Shown here: piece by piece, positions 11,300-24,754 of the stretch
How positions within the stretch are numbered: position 1 is the first letter of the stretch
Layout of the letters: every line of letters begins with the position of its first letter
DNA from: Schizochytrium sp. TIO01
Lineage: Eukaryota; Protista; Bigyra: Labyrinthulomycetes
Assembly (NCBI GenBank): GCA_004764695.1
Contig: SMSO01000034.1
Span: 3,472,001 to 3,536,000, forward strand
Reading direction: 5' to 3'
Length of the DNA stretch: 64,000 nucleotides
Notes under the pieces: model-generated
The model's database searches: none
Told to the model about the DNA's origin: nothing
The model's input: the letters and a program-made list of their open reading frames with translations, nothing else
Made by a program: the position numbers and the translations under genes

Positions 11300-11712
11300 T
11301 GCTGAGATCTTCAATCGAAGGAACTAGTTGACAAGACATTGCTAGAGTTCTTGGCATCCCTTTATGAAACCCTAGTAGACATAGGCTTACCATAGAGCAA
11401 GAGCAGGCAGCAAGATCCATGTGGATGCCAGAGCCAAGAACCAAACGTGTGACTACACACTTATCTATATTCAAGTTGGTGTAACTTGAATCAACGGTTG
11501 AAGAGGTTGAATCAACCTAGCCCCGTCGATTATCTCTAACATCATTCAAGAATGTGCTAACCTCTTCCATTACTACATGAATTCATCTGTCCTGGAATTC
11601 ATTCTCCAGGACAGCATATCACTAACTCTTGAATCAAGCTTCTTAAAGCCTTCATTAAGATCTTGCCTTCACCTTTATAGTCAACCTCAAGCTGACCAGA
11701 GTCATCTCTCAG
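11300..11712 (+). mobile_element. Dispersed repeat, copy C of the same decayed element
   Basis: Long identical blocks with copy B: tcctggaattcattctccaggacagca, atcaagcttcttaaagccttcat, tttatagtcaacctcaagctgaccagagtcat. Homology is clear; TE identity is inferred from copies A, B and D. Confidence 0.7.
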
Positions 11713-12572
11713 CATCATTCGCATTGGTAATGCTTTGAATCAATTTAATCGTGGTCTTTGATAAAGTGAAATCGTGGGCAGTGAGTAGTTATCTTTTGTA
11801 ATTCTACTGTATGTTGGCACTTATCAAGAGAGAGGTTAAAGAGGGTGGGATTCGAGTGAAATCAGAAGGAAGGGAATATTTATAATCTTGGTTCACGACT
11901 TAGCGATCAGGTGGCCTCGGAAATGAATGCAAAGAATATTACTGTCATTGTACTTAAATATAAATAATCATGGAGTTAGTCATGACTTAAAGATATCTCA
12001 TAAGATTGAAATCTGATCCATATCTTCAGGCATCAGTTCGGGTGTTTGGTTTGTTTTCCCCGGTAGTCTCAGACATAGAAAGGATCTAAGCGATGGGCAT
12101 AGCCACTCAATTAAGGTCCCGAAAGCGATCAATTGCAAATCTTGTTCATAGAATAACCATATCTTGTTGTCCTAGGTCTCGGAAAGGATTTCTAGGGACT
12201 CTTTAACTAGTGTATTTGCTTGCACCTCCGATTGTAACCTCAGCAGGAGAGCAAGCTATCCTAAAACTGGACCAGTGACTTTGAGGTAAAAAGGCCACAA
12301 ATCTCAGAGTTCGACAATGTCTAGTCAACACTTCCAAGCAGTTCACGATTCTATCTCGCATTAGTCATTCCTCTATTCAGAAATAACAGTGGTCTAATTT
12401 TATAAACATTTTCAGTAATTTTAAAGTGCTATAGTTCTACAAAGTCATTTTCCACAGCTACTGAAAGCTTATTCCTGAGCATCCAGATGTTGACTGTGAA
12501 GGTCTAGACATTAAGCCTGGACGGCATAACAAGAATCATGAATGCGTTGTATACTTAGGCTCATAGAGTTAG

Positions 12573-12929
12573 CGATGTGCTAACTTTGGAGATGAACACA
12601 CAGGTGGGAGACATGCTTCATCTGTCATTACGTAGAACTCAAGAGGGTTAGGTTCACTTGTTTCTTTAGCCACTAATTGTGGTTGTCCTTACACATGACT
12701 CCTTGGTTACGTAATACACTTTCACTTTTGAGTTTCCTTAGTCCCACACATACGATGTGCTAACTTTGGAGATGAACACACAGGTGGGAGACATGCTTCA
12801 TCTGTCATTACGTAGAACTCAAGAGGGTTAGGTTCACTTGTTTCTTTAGCCACTAATTGTGGTTGTCCTTACACATGACTCCTTGGTTACGTAATACACT
12901 TTCACTTTTGAGTTTCCTTAGTCCCACAC
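12573..12929. repeat. Perfect 177-bp direct tandem duplication (period 180)
   Basis: 12573-12749 is identical to 12753-12929, separated by 'ata'. Confidence 0.97.
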
Positions 12930-15900
12930 CATCGTATGTGATAGTTACATCCTCATCATATACAAGTCCTATGTTTAAGACTTATAATAATGTATCCAAA
13001 ACTCTACTAATCTATGGTCCACATATGCCTTCAATTTTAAGTACTGAGAAGGAAAGCAGACACAATATTACCGCACGAATTTGCAAGACTCAAAGGAACA
13101 CGTTTGTGACACTCTTGAAGCAATATACAGATAAGCGCCCTAATCTCACCTACTTCACCTAACCTAACTGACCAGTCCAAGACTCTACCTGGCTCTCCGG
13201 TCTAAAATGCTACATTCATCCAGATCCTGTATCCAGACCCAAGCACATTCAATAAGACACATATAAATCATAGTCTCAATACTAACTAAGCACAAGAATC
13301 TAAGACATTTCCTCGGTGACCTCTAACCAATCATAACTACATTTCATTATTGAGTACCAGTAGCCCCCTTGGATACTATACCATTCCTGACGCAAGCTCA
13401 TAAAATGATTTTACACTACTGAAAAGTTACATTTGGTGCTGTATCTAACATATATAATTGCTTAAACTTGAATGTTACAATGCTGGGTTTGGCATTTATA
13501 GTGCGTGTTTTTGCAAAACACTAATCGCGGTATTTCACGTTTGACCATCTATACCGAAAACTTATCCTTCAGCATTTCCCTGTATTAAATTACGGATATG
13601 TCCTTAGCTCACACGAGTGCAAAACAGCCCATGCTTGAAACTGGGTTTCGGTTTATTTTCAACGCACAGTGATGTCTCTTCCTAATCTACATCGTATTCT
13701 TCATGAATCTCACATTCCATATCATATTTGATTGATAGGTTCAAGTGAAATTTGTCTTAACGTAGTTATTCTCATTACTTCACATTTGACTTCACAGATC
13801 TTGAACTAGGTTTGAATAGCTTTTTGACAACTTTGGAAGAATGCAGAAACCTATATGTGCATCTGTGCAAGGCCAAAGCTTGGCGAGCTCATAGGTGACT
13901 ATCGTGCTTATAAAACAGAATTCCTGGGACAAGAAGATCACACATTTAGGAAATTACAAGTGTCCTAAACCTCAGATTCTGGTTGCCAGATAGCTTGATA
14001 ACTTATATAACTACTCTTGCCGAAAATTATTTGTCTTGGTTCATGTGTTATAAAGCATTCATTTTTTGTCAACCTGCCTGAATGATGCTTTGAGGCTAGT
14101 CACGTCCCATAAATTTGGAATTCAAAAAGAACAATGTCTAACGCGTTATTTTAGAAGGTTGGAAAATAAAGAAGATGCAGTTTACTTGTGAGCGTAATGC
14201 ATTAAACGAAGAGTAAGAACTCCCTATCTATTAAATTGATAGGGCATTTTAAAATCACCATTGAAATGTCGACCTCCTAGAATAAGAAATTGATTTTTAT
14301 CAATACATCGGTAAGACATAAATCACCCTTTGAAGCATACTCCTAGAGTGTAACATTTGAATCAACAAATAATTTCAAAGAGGTAAATTCTTAAATATTG
14401 ACCTTATTCATTCGTATTGAAGCTCTAGATTTATAAAATACGATTGCTGGAAAGCATCATTCTGCTTTTCAGTCTTACGTTCTATGCAAGAAACCATGTC
14501 TTCTTTTAGCAGATAGTAGCTGTGCGTACAATCCTGTCGTTAAATGCTACTCATTACTTCGTACCTATTACTTGAGGTAAGGCATTAAACTGTTCTGATA
14601 ATACTTTTGGAGGAAAACACATTGTTCACAAGTTTTCTACAGCTAATATAGTAAGATATCCTTGGTCAACTTTAGTAATGGACCAAAAAGGAGCAAAAGC
14701 TTGTCTAACCCATAGGAAACGAGAACAATATGTTCTCCGGTACTCCTCGGAGAACGCGAATTCACATTCTGAGTCAGATTATCTCCTCGTTTCATAAATA
14801 AAAGTATAGATGGGATTTTCTTGCAGCTTGAGCATGAGGATGTTCGTCAGAATCGTGGTGTAGTAGTGCCTACTCGCTTAGTTTCACTTCAAGGTAAGAT
14901 CGGTGACTCTATCTTGTTAATTGATTTCTTCGCGCCAGGAAGCTTTTACTTTGGGGCCCGCAATACATTAATATGGTTTCACAACTTCATTCTCCGCGGA
15001 GCCACACGCATAGAATTACTTGGGCACCGAAATTCTCGCCGAGAACTCGTATTTTGTACGAGACTGCGTCTTATGGTAGCATGATGGTCCCGGGGAGGGT
15101 TTTGTGCGTTGTATTCTTCACCAAAAATGCCGAACTAGTATAGAACGAGTAGAAACAAACATCACTGGACCGAGTACGAAGTCTCGCAACCAGTGTGCTG
15201 GCTGCAGTGAAATGCAGGTCAGGTGCTCCGGCTGTAGGCGTGCTGGCTACAGCAGCATGCCCACGCCCGATCCAAGGCGCTTCGTCCAAAGCCGCCAAAC
15301 GGTCTGCTAGTTAGTTATTGGTATCCTAATGCGCGAGGTAATATTGTGAAGTTTCAAGGACTCCGCTCACTTCTCCCCAATATCAGCTTGCTCGGAAGTT
15401 CAGTCTGCAATGCGATGCCCCAATGAATGCCAATTTTGCAATGCCAGAGCGCTTCGAGAACTCTTCGTTGCAACAGAAGCCAGCATCTTTCTAGGTAGGA
15501 CGCCCCACCCTTTGCTTATCTACAGTAAGCAGCGTAAAGAGAAGTCTCCTGTATGAAGCACCATAGACATCACCTCGCAATCCGGAATTTCGGACGCCCT
15601 TGAGCGACCGCTCTTTTGGTTGGTTCTTGGTTCTTTGTCATCGATGTGCTTAATTAATTAAGCCCCCCCCCGCCCCCAAAGGCACTGGCATCCAGCAATC
15701 TGTACTCTAATAAGGCCTACGCGTGCTGCAAATGCCGCTCCAACGTTGCAACTGCCAGGCGCCGTATACGGACTGCACAGGTGCTAAGATTGCTATGCTC
15801 TGGTCCTCAGCGCACCTTTTAGTTCAAGGTTCTGCGACTTCTGTGCTCTAATTGAACGCCATCAACAACAAATCAAATCAAATCAAATCAGATCATAGGG

Positions 15901-16644
15901 CAGGAACTATGGCTAGTGCTGGCTAGCCAGGTGCTACTGACTGGTGCGTGCTCTGGGGAAGAAGGCCCGTCGCACTTTTCGTTCCGTAGCCATTCCTAGG
16001 CGGTTCTAAGAAGCCCATCTTCTATCTATTGGAATCGAGAATGAGCGAATGAGCGAATGTGCGAAGGATTAGAGTAGAGTACCTCTAGCCACTACTACTA
16101 GAGCTCGTAGCCAGCGGAGAGGTCGAGAAGTCGCACACCTCCAAAATATGCGAGGAGTTATCTACGCGGCGACTGACAGAGCTTCGGTGCACGTGATTGA
16201 GTGGAATGTTCTTCTGCCGCGCTGGACAGTCAGTCCGCGATTTCTTTCATGCACGTACGCTGTTTTACAGCGTTTCCGCAGTGCTTTTCGTCATGAGAGC
16301 AGCGCGGCGAGAAGCGAGCACGCACATTTTAAGCCTCCCTTTTTCTTCCTTTCTTCCTTTCTTCCTTCTCTCTTTTAAGTTTGCACTTCTGCTAAGAACC
16401 CCATAGCAGTGCGTACAAGTCAAACTTGGTAGAGATGAAAGAAAGTCATCACAAAGTCGAACCAGATAGCGCCACACTTATCTGCTTATACGTGTATGTA
16501 TGTATGTATGTTTATATTTATATGGGTTACTGTCATGATTGCCCTCACTCACTCACTTGGTGCTTTGGAGACCTTCCTATTCGAAGGTCCCCCAAGAAGG
16601 CGAAACTCCTTCTGGTCTTCCTCCAGACATGCTTCTGTGAATTG

Positions 16645-16765
16645 AGTTGTTGAAGATTGAGTTGTTGAAGATTGAGTTGTTGAAGATTGAATTGAAGATT
16701 GAATTGAAGACTGAATTGAAGACTGAATTGAAGACTGAATTAAAGGTTGAGGTGAAGATTGAATT
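16645..16765. repeat. Compound minisatellite: 15-nt GTTGTTGAAGATTGA and 12-nt ATTGAAGACTGA units
   Basis: Read directly from the sequence; it generates the spurious KIELL/KTEL ORF. Confidence 0.85.
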
Positions 16766-18451
16766 TAATTCAAACGAAGCCGAGCTCTCGCCTCGTATCC
16801 GCTATCTATCGAACTCACCATCTATCTATCCACTGTCCATCGATCGAGCTATCTATCAGTCAGAACTCCAGAAGCCAGCCAGCCAGCCAGCCACCCACCC
16901 GTCGCTCTTTTTCGTTCTTTCTCTCTTGGTCTCTTTTGGCTTTTATGCGATGTTTTAGAATTCATGTCTTCGTCAAACAACACCAATTAGCTTAAAAGTT
17001 ATTCTATTTTACAAAATCAACAGCACAAAATTAGTTTAAAGAGCGAAGAAGAAGACGAAGAAGGAATCGCAAAACCACGAGCATTAGAGACAAGAAAAGA
17101 TCGCAGAAGCTATCATATTCATCGATAACGCTGACCGCAAATCGGCGTTGGGTCTTACTCTCTGGCTATGAGCGAGTTCGCTTGAACGATAGCCGCACTT
17201 TCGATACGAGGCTAAGTGCGCGGGTCGGTCCCTTTAGTCCACTCGCCAGCTAGCAGAAGGTTTTCTTTAAAAGCTTGGCGGGAACCTGCTCCAGTCTTCA
17301 AGTCCTTCGGGTCTCGAGACTCCCTCCCTCTCTTCAGAGAATTTGATTCGCCTCTCGGGTCTCCCTCCGTCAGCAGGTCTTGCACGTATTCACGATTGAT
17401 AGTCCGGGCGCTGGTTTCGAGCGAAGGCTGCGCTACCGCCCAGAGAGAGCTACAGCTATCGATCATCTCTCACTCAGAGCGATTTGATTGACTATGACCC
17501 GTGGATTCTCCTGTTCCACAAAATCACAGCTGCCTGATCGAAGATTTCATTTTAATAAATAAATGAATGAATAAATAAATAGATAAATAAATTTATTTTT
17601 AGGATATGAATGAAAACTTTTATTTATTTATTTATTTATTTTAAAGTTAGAGATATAGTGATGGATAAGTAAACATTGACGATCAGGGAAAAGAGAGGAG
17701 GGCTAAAAACGAAGCCGTGGGCTCCGAAATAACCTGCTGCTCGCCCGACAAGGACCGCCGACTTCTTGGTCTCTGCGGCGCAGAAGAGAGAAAGACATTA
17801 CGAGAGAAAAGGGAGAAAGCCTCAGTTGAAGCTACCGTGCTACAGCACCTTTGCCAGCCAGCTGACCAGCTCAGTGGGAACCTGCCACGAAGAGAAGCAA
17901 AAGAAGCCGTCCAAGCACGGCATTTCGCATTGTAGTCACGGCTTTGCTCCATACATATATATACACATATCCTTCGAGGTATTTCATTTACATTTACATA
18001 TATATACATATGTATACATTTTCTTCTTCTTCTCAACTTAACTTATTGAAAATTGATTAAAACATAAACATAAATAAACAAATACATGAAGCATTTAGTT
18101 TTTACTTGAAAAAGAAAAAGAAGGCAGGGTAGAAAGAATGATGAGATCCCGACGGTGACCTATAGAAAAAGGGAGAGGAATTACAGACGGAACTTGCTCA
18201 GGAACGGATGGTCGATCGCATGGGCGGTTGGCTGGCGAGTTGAAGTGACGCATCGCGAAAAGTGCATGCGCGCCACATGCCTCTGAGTCCCTCCAAGTCT
18301 CAGACTCAGCCGGACTCGAGGCCGCCACGAGCACCCCTAATCAGAACGGGTACCCACCCCATCCGTCCGTCTGTCTGTCTGTAAACAGGAGGAAGCGCAG
18401 AGCGTTGATGGCTTCAGATTGCGCTGCGTTTTTCGCAAATTCGCCGTCTTT

Positions 18452-18460
18452 TTGACTGAC

Positions 18461-18531
<71 letters not shown>

Positions 18532-18819
18532 CTGATTGATTGAATTATTGATTGAATTATTGATTGAATGATTGAATGAATGATTGAATGAATGATTGAA
18601 TGAATGAATGATTCACCGAGTGATTGTCGAGGTCCTAAAAGGCTAAAAGGCCTCTCATTCATTCATTCATGCATTCATGCATTCATTCATTCATGCATTC
18701 ATTCATTCATTCATTCATTCATTCATTCATTCATTCATTCATTCATTCATTCATTCATTCATTCATTCATTCATTCATTCATTCATTCATTCATTCATTC
18801 ATTCATTCATGCATTCATT
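18452..18819. repeat. Compound SSR: (TGAT)n/(TGAA)n, a ~42-bp spacer, then (ATTC)n
   Basis: Tracts at 18452-18612 and 18655-18819. Confidence 0.95.
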
Positions 18820-19495
18820 TGCTACTTAATCAATCCTCATCTGCGAACTCAACTTCAAACAATTTTCTCTTTGGATCATGGTCTTTACATAATTTGTTTT
18901 AAAATAGTTAAAAAAAAAAACCAAAAAAAACCAAAAAGGGCAAAACAAGCAGAGATAGATAACCCGATTAACAGAAGGAGACAGCGGAAGTTCATTCCAA
19001 AAGTGAAGGTCTCGGTCTCTGAGCGACTTTGGAACTTGTCCGCTCCATGGCCTGGCTCCAAGAATCAACAAACAGCTCTTATGAGAGACTCAGAGTGATC
19101 CACGGTTCATGCAAAGCCCATGGCTCTTGTTGATTCGTGCTTCGCCTGCTCCTGCTCAAGCAGACAGACCCTGCTCCGCTGCTACTGTCATGAGGAAGAA
19201 GGCTTCATTGCTAAGCTAGCTATAGCTAAGGTAGGTACGCACTCTTCGCTTCGTGGAATAAATCAATTCAATCTTCGTTCATCCTATACTTCGTCTGTTT
19301 CTCCAAGCAGAGGAAGCTCAGCTCGAGTCGGGCTGGAGAGAGCCAAGCCAAATGCAAGCAAGCGCAAGGGTGAGAAAACGATGCAAACATGCAGTATGCG
19401 TTGGCTACGATGGTGCCGACTCCAAGGTAGTTAATCTAAACCATCTTCGCCAAGATAAGATAGCTCAGCGAAGTAGCAGTTCACGACTCGAGTGC

Positions 19496-19814
19496 TTGTT
19501 TGTTTGTTTATTTGTTTGTTTGTTTGTTTGTTTGTTTGTTTAGTTGTTTATTTGTTTGTTTGTTTGTTTGTTTGTTTGTTTGTTTAGTTGTTTAGTTGTT
19601 TGTTTGTTTGTTTGTTTGTTTGTTTAGTTGTTTGTTTGTTTGTTTGTTTGTTTGTTTAGTTGTTTATTTGTTTGATTGTTTGTTTAGTTGTTTAGTTGTT
19701 TATTTGTTTGATTGTTTGTTTGTTTGTTCGGTTGTTTGATTGTTTGATTGTTTAGTTGTTTAGTTGTTTATTTGTTTGTTCGGTTGTTTGATTGTTTGAT
19801 TGTTTGTTTGTTTG
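19496..19814. repeat. Degenerate (TTTG)n microsatellite
   Basis: Read directly from the sequence. Confidence 0.95.
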
Positions 19815-21536
19815 CTTTTTTTGGTCTATTCGTCTATTTATTTGTCTATTTGTCTCATTTGCATAAGCGCATAGGTAATCAATTCCGTCCATCCACATAT
19901 CTCGTGAAGCCTCCTAGCGAATAGCTTAGTAGTTTCTAGCTAGGCAGACAGGCACAGAAAAGAGAGACACAGTCAGTCAGTCAGTCAGTCAGTCAGTAGC
20001 CTTCTGCCTTTCTACTAGTAGCTAGCTAGTGCCTGATAGGACCGTTCGCTCTTTCTTTCTGTTATCGAAGTGGGCTCTTCTTCCACTGTTCTTCAAGTTC
20101 TTCTTGGGCGTGCATGAGGTCGCGAGGAGCGTGCCAGAAGACCGCTCTTCACGGCCAGCTAGCCAGCAAGCCAGGTTGCCTCTTCGTCCCTCGCCTCGTG
20201 GCCAGCGCTCTTTCTTGGCCCCTTCGCTGGACTAAACTAACCAGCCCATCCACCAAATGAGTCAGTCAGTCAGTCAATCAATCAATCAATCAATCAATCA
20301 ATTAATCAATCAATCAATTGACCGTCATAGAAGATACCAACGCAATGGTGTTCCATCAGTATCTTCTTCTTTGAATGTATCCGCGCTACTATTCTAGCTA
20401 GTCTGGCAGGCATTAGCAGCATCAGTAGCGCGCTCTCTATAGGCGCGGTGGGTTTTTAAATTAATTGTGCGAGCGATGCTGTTGGGCGATACAGTGGCAC
20501 GTCGTGTGCGCAGACAGTTGGAACGACTGGAACGGTCACTCTGTCTGTCAGTCGCTTAGTCAGCGGCCAAACCGACAGACCCCATTGAAGCAGAACACCC
20601 TTGGAACAGCTGGGTACCTAGGTAGTTAGGTATGTATGTGCTAAGGGAATGTTCGAGTTGTGATAGCCACAGGTTAGTTAGCAATGTCCTACGCTCTGGT
20701 AGGGGTCTCACAGAACTGCGATATAGATTTTAAAAATATTACTTTAAACAAACAAATCTTAAGTAAAAGAAGTAAAGTTAAAGAAATAAACTAAAGAAGT
20801 AAAGTATTTCATTTTATTTTAAATTAAAATAAACAAATAAATGAAAATATAGAAAATGAAACTCTAAGAAAGATATCACCCATCGCATGATGGGTTGCGG
20901 AGACATTCAAGAATGAATTGCATGCTATCCAAGGTAGATTTGGAGATTCGGGGAATCGATGGTGATTCGCTCTCCGACGATGCATGCGCCACGAGCTGTA
21001 AGACTCGCCTCGAGGGGGAGTCGGTTTGCACGAAACGGGCGTTGCTGTAAGTACGGAATGCGAGGTACTGTTTCTTCTGTCTGTAACCACACCATCAAAT
21101 CTACAATCACTGTGGAGCTGCAGCTCGCTCATAAACTAACTAGCTAACTCACTCACCGCCTACCAAGCTGGTGCCTGGCCATTCACAAAAGTACCTAAAA
21201 AATAAGTCACGATCGGGGATCAGCATTGCGTAAGTAAGAAAGTATGCAGGTAACAAACAACAAGTCTTCAAGACCAAAGCTAAGTCAAAAGCGCCGCGTA
21301 CGCGGTGACATCCATTCCGTTAGCTGCTTCCATTTTCCGTCAGCGGCTGCCCTCCTCTGAGGACACAACTTCAACCAGGTTTGCTCTGCCCTGCTTCAAT
21401 CCCATGTCCGCATGCAGTTTAGCATTACACGGATGCATTGGTGCAGTCGCTCGATCGCTTCATTGCTTAGTTTAATCCCTTGGTCCCTGCCATCTCGTGT
21501 TCATCCATGCATTTCCGCGACGGCATCGTCCGCCCC

Positions 21537-21600
21537 AATGAGATCCGAAATCAAATGAGATCCGAAATCAAATGAGATCCCAATCAAATGAGATCCCAAT
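21537..21600. repeat. 16-17-bp minisatellite AATGAGATCC(G/C)(A)AATCA, about 4 copies
   Basis: Read directly from the sequence. Confidence 0.85.
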
Positions 21601-21904
21601 TAAATCTTCCTCGGGTTCTCCGCGGCTGCAAATTCCCAAAATTCGCAAGTGAAATCAAAATCAATTCGCATCCAAGCAGGCAAGCGAACACGCGAGGAGG
21701 ACCCGCTTCGGGCAGTCGCGTCGGTCCCCTCCGCGTCGCATTTATGACTTTGTTTGGTTCTGCGCAGATTTGGACGGATGCGTTGGTGAACGAGTGAATG
21801 AATGAATGAATGAATGAATGGATGAATTTAAGATGAATGGATGCCGAAGCAGCGCATTCGTTATCGCATTGCATTGGATAAATAGTTAATTCAAGGGAAC
21901 CCAG

Positions 21905-21942
<38 letters not shown>

Positions 21943-22685
21943 GAGGACTGCCTCGATCGAGTCCACCCCCTCCGTCCGCTACCGCCGCGTCCGTGCAGCT
22001 GCTGGTCGGTCCTCCTCTCCGTGCGTCCTTCTGCGATGCTTGCGCTGGTCTGGCGGCCTCTCTGGTCCGCAGAATGTCAGCGTCGCAGGACAGAACAAGG
22101 TCCTTGAGAGAGAACGCTCAGCTTAATTAAGAGCGACACAGCGGATACAGAAGATCATAAACACATGAATACATGAATACATGAATAAATCGATAAAATA
22201 CATGGATACGTAAACACGACAGAGGTTCGTTCCTCTTCACGCACTACACGGACACAACGAAAGGAGGACGGAGAGCGGAGTTTCTCACGCTCTGTTTCAC
22301 GCTCTTCGAAGCCCCACACTGATTCTTTATGCTTTTAGTTGATTGATTGATTGATTGATTGATTGATTAATTTATTATTAAAGTAAGTAATTTGTAATTT
22401 GTTTGTTTTGGTTCTTATTTCTTTAGTGAAAGGAAAGCGAAGAAGAGAAGAATGAATGTGGAGAGAGATGTAATGCAATGGAGAGCAAAAGACGGCGATT
22501 GCGCAGAAAGAGCGACGGCGAGACCTCGAGCACGCATGGTTCAGGGCCGGGCGAAGGACTGGCTGGCCGGCTGGCCACCGCTGCTGCTCGGCTGTGGCAG
22601 CGACCGTGACGGACAGTGCACGCTCGTTCGCCGCCACGACTTGGATTCTCGACCGCCGCAGAGAGAGAGAGAGGGAGATGATGAA

Positions 22686-22721
22686 GATACATATACATAC
22701 ATACATACATACATACATACA

Positions 22722-22757
<36 letters not shown>

Positions 22758-22989
22758 TATATATTTGCCCAAGGGTTCTGATTTTTATTCTTTTCATGAC
22801 CAAAACGTTTTTATTGAATTGAATTGAATTGAATTGAATTGAATTGAATTGAATTGAATTGAATTGAATTGAATTGAATTGAATTGAATTGAATTGAATT
22901 GAATTGAATTGAATTGAATTGAATTGAATTGAATTGAATTGAATTGAATTGAATTGAATTGAATTGAATTGAATTGAATTGAATTGAAT
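22686..22989. repeat. (ATAC)n/(AT)n tract followed by a perfect (ATTGA) pentamer array of about 35 units at 22813-22989
   Basis: Read directly from the sequence. Confidence 0.95.
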
Positions 22990-23246
22990 AAAATACTGAT
23001 ACTGATAATGAAATCTCTGTGTGATAAAACTTGAAAGAGGTCAGGAGATTGGAGACTATATAGTAGTAGAAAGGAGGCTTTGGGGTTTCGGATTGCGAAG
23101 GCAGCCTCCTAGGAGATTGTTATGGGGCAGTTAGCGAAAACCGAGCTTGGAGGCAATATGCACGGTGCATCTCATGCTCTGACTAAAAGGAGATTCGGAA
23201 ACTCGGAAGTCTTCTTAAGTCTTTTCCCCCTTTTCCTTCCTTCCTC

Positions 23247-23282
<36 letters not shown>

Positions 23283-24754
23283 CTCGTTCTTTTTTTCTCG
23301 TTCTTTTTTTTTTTGAATGGACAAAATCGTGAAATTATCTTGAGCAAGATAACCAACCCCATTCGTCAATCAATATACGAGGCACCTGCGCCTGCCTGGT
23401 TGCTTTTGTTAGGTCGGCAGTTGCGTCTCCTCTCTTGAACCCATCGATACGCGTGGCGTTTTCCTTCGTCCATTGCGCTGTCGCAGAGGAACACAACGAA
23501 CTCTGGAAGAATTGGGACTCCGACTAGTCATAGGTTTCATCTCCTGAGGAGGTCCTGCTCCGTTTTCTGGAAAGAGATGAAAAGAGGGGCTTAATACAAA
23601 TTTATCTAATTAAATAAAAAGAACTCAATTTCACTCGAGATAGTAAAAACCTTCTGCTTGAAAAGTAGAGATACTAAGAGATAGGCGCTACTTCCCATGG
23701 CGTGACTAAGGAGGCAGGTACAACTTTGTTTTCCTCTGAAAGTAAAGTAAAAAAGTCAGGTAAAGAGCAAAGGCAGAGAGAAGAGAGACTTGGAGCAAAG
23801 GAAAGGAAAAGGAAAAGGAAACAACAAACTTGAAGGAAGGAGAATGTTCACTAGAAGACCCTTTTTTGCGGGATGCCGCAAAGTTACATTTTGCGTTCGT
23901 CAATATATCCAGCAGATAAAACATCGAGAAAAGAGGAGAAGCCGTCTTAGACATCTATCTATTTATTTATCCATCTCTTTATCCTTCGACTTGTTCCCTC
24001 ATTCATTATGGCTAAGCGGGCTCGAAAAGAGCGCGAATACTTTCAGGTCAGGGCTCGGAGATTATAGCGTCAGCGAGACTCTCTCGAGTGGAGAAAAGAG
24101 CGATTTTGGGCCATCTCTTGCTAGCTAACTAACTGACTGACTGACTGACTGACTGACTGACTGACTGACTAACCAAACTGCGCCACCATTCCTTTGCAGA
24201 GTAGGGTTTGAGACAGCTGCCACGGGGACGTCTGCTTAGACTGGCTAGCGAGCCTCGTAAGAAAGTAGAGGAACTCGCCTGCTCCGTTGGTCTCTCTTTG
24301 TCTCCAGAAAAGTTTGTGTTCCTTGTCATGACAACAGAGGGGAAGAGAAAGAAAGAGCGAATTTGTGGTTCGAAAATTTTCAAGCGGCTTCATTTTTCAG
24401 AAAAAAGAAGTCAGAGGAGCGTTCCTTTTATTTTATTTCGAAATTTATTAATTAGTGAATTTATTTATTTATTTATTTATTTATTTTTTTGAAAGAGGAA
24501 AGGAAAAGAAGGGTTTTATTTAAATACTAAAAGAAAAAGAAGAAGAAAAAAGAAACTGAATGTATGGAAAGAAGAAGCGGAAAGAATTTTTTTTTAAATC
24601 TTAGTTGACTGGGAGCAAGTTGGGGATCGGCAAACCATCCGAAGCAAATCCAAATCCAAACCCAAAACAAAGTCGTCCTGACAAACCCAAAACAAACACA
24701 CAAACCAGACAGAAGAAGCAGTGGACGATTGCTGTATTCTGATAGACCATCGAC

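Noticed and set aside
12573-12929. Direct repeats considered as LTRs or a CRISPR array
   Set aside because: Only two adjacent copies with a 3-nt gap; no spacers, internal region, TG...CA ends or cas genes.
18604-19098. ORFs of HSFI, CLFV, MYVC, LHCTA and SLYL repeats across the intergenic regions
   Set aside because: Translations of microsatellites.
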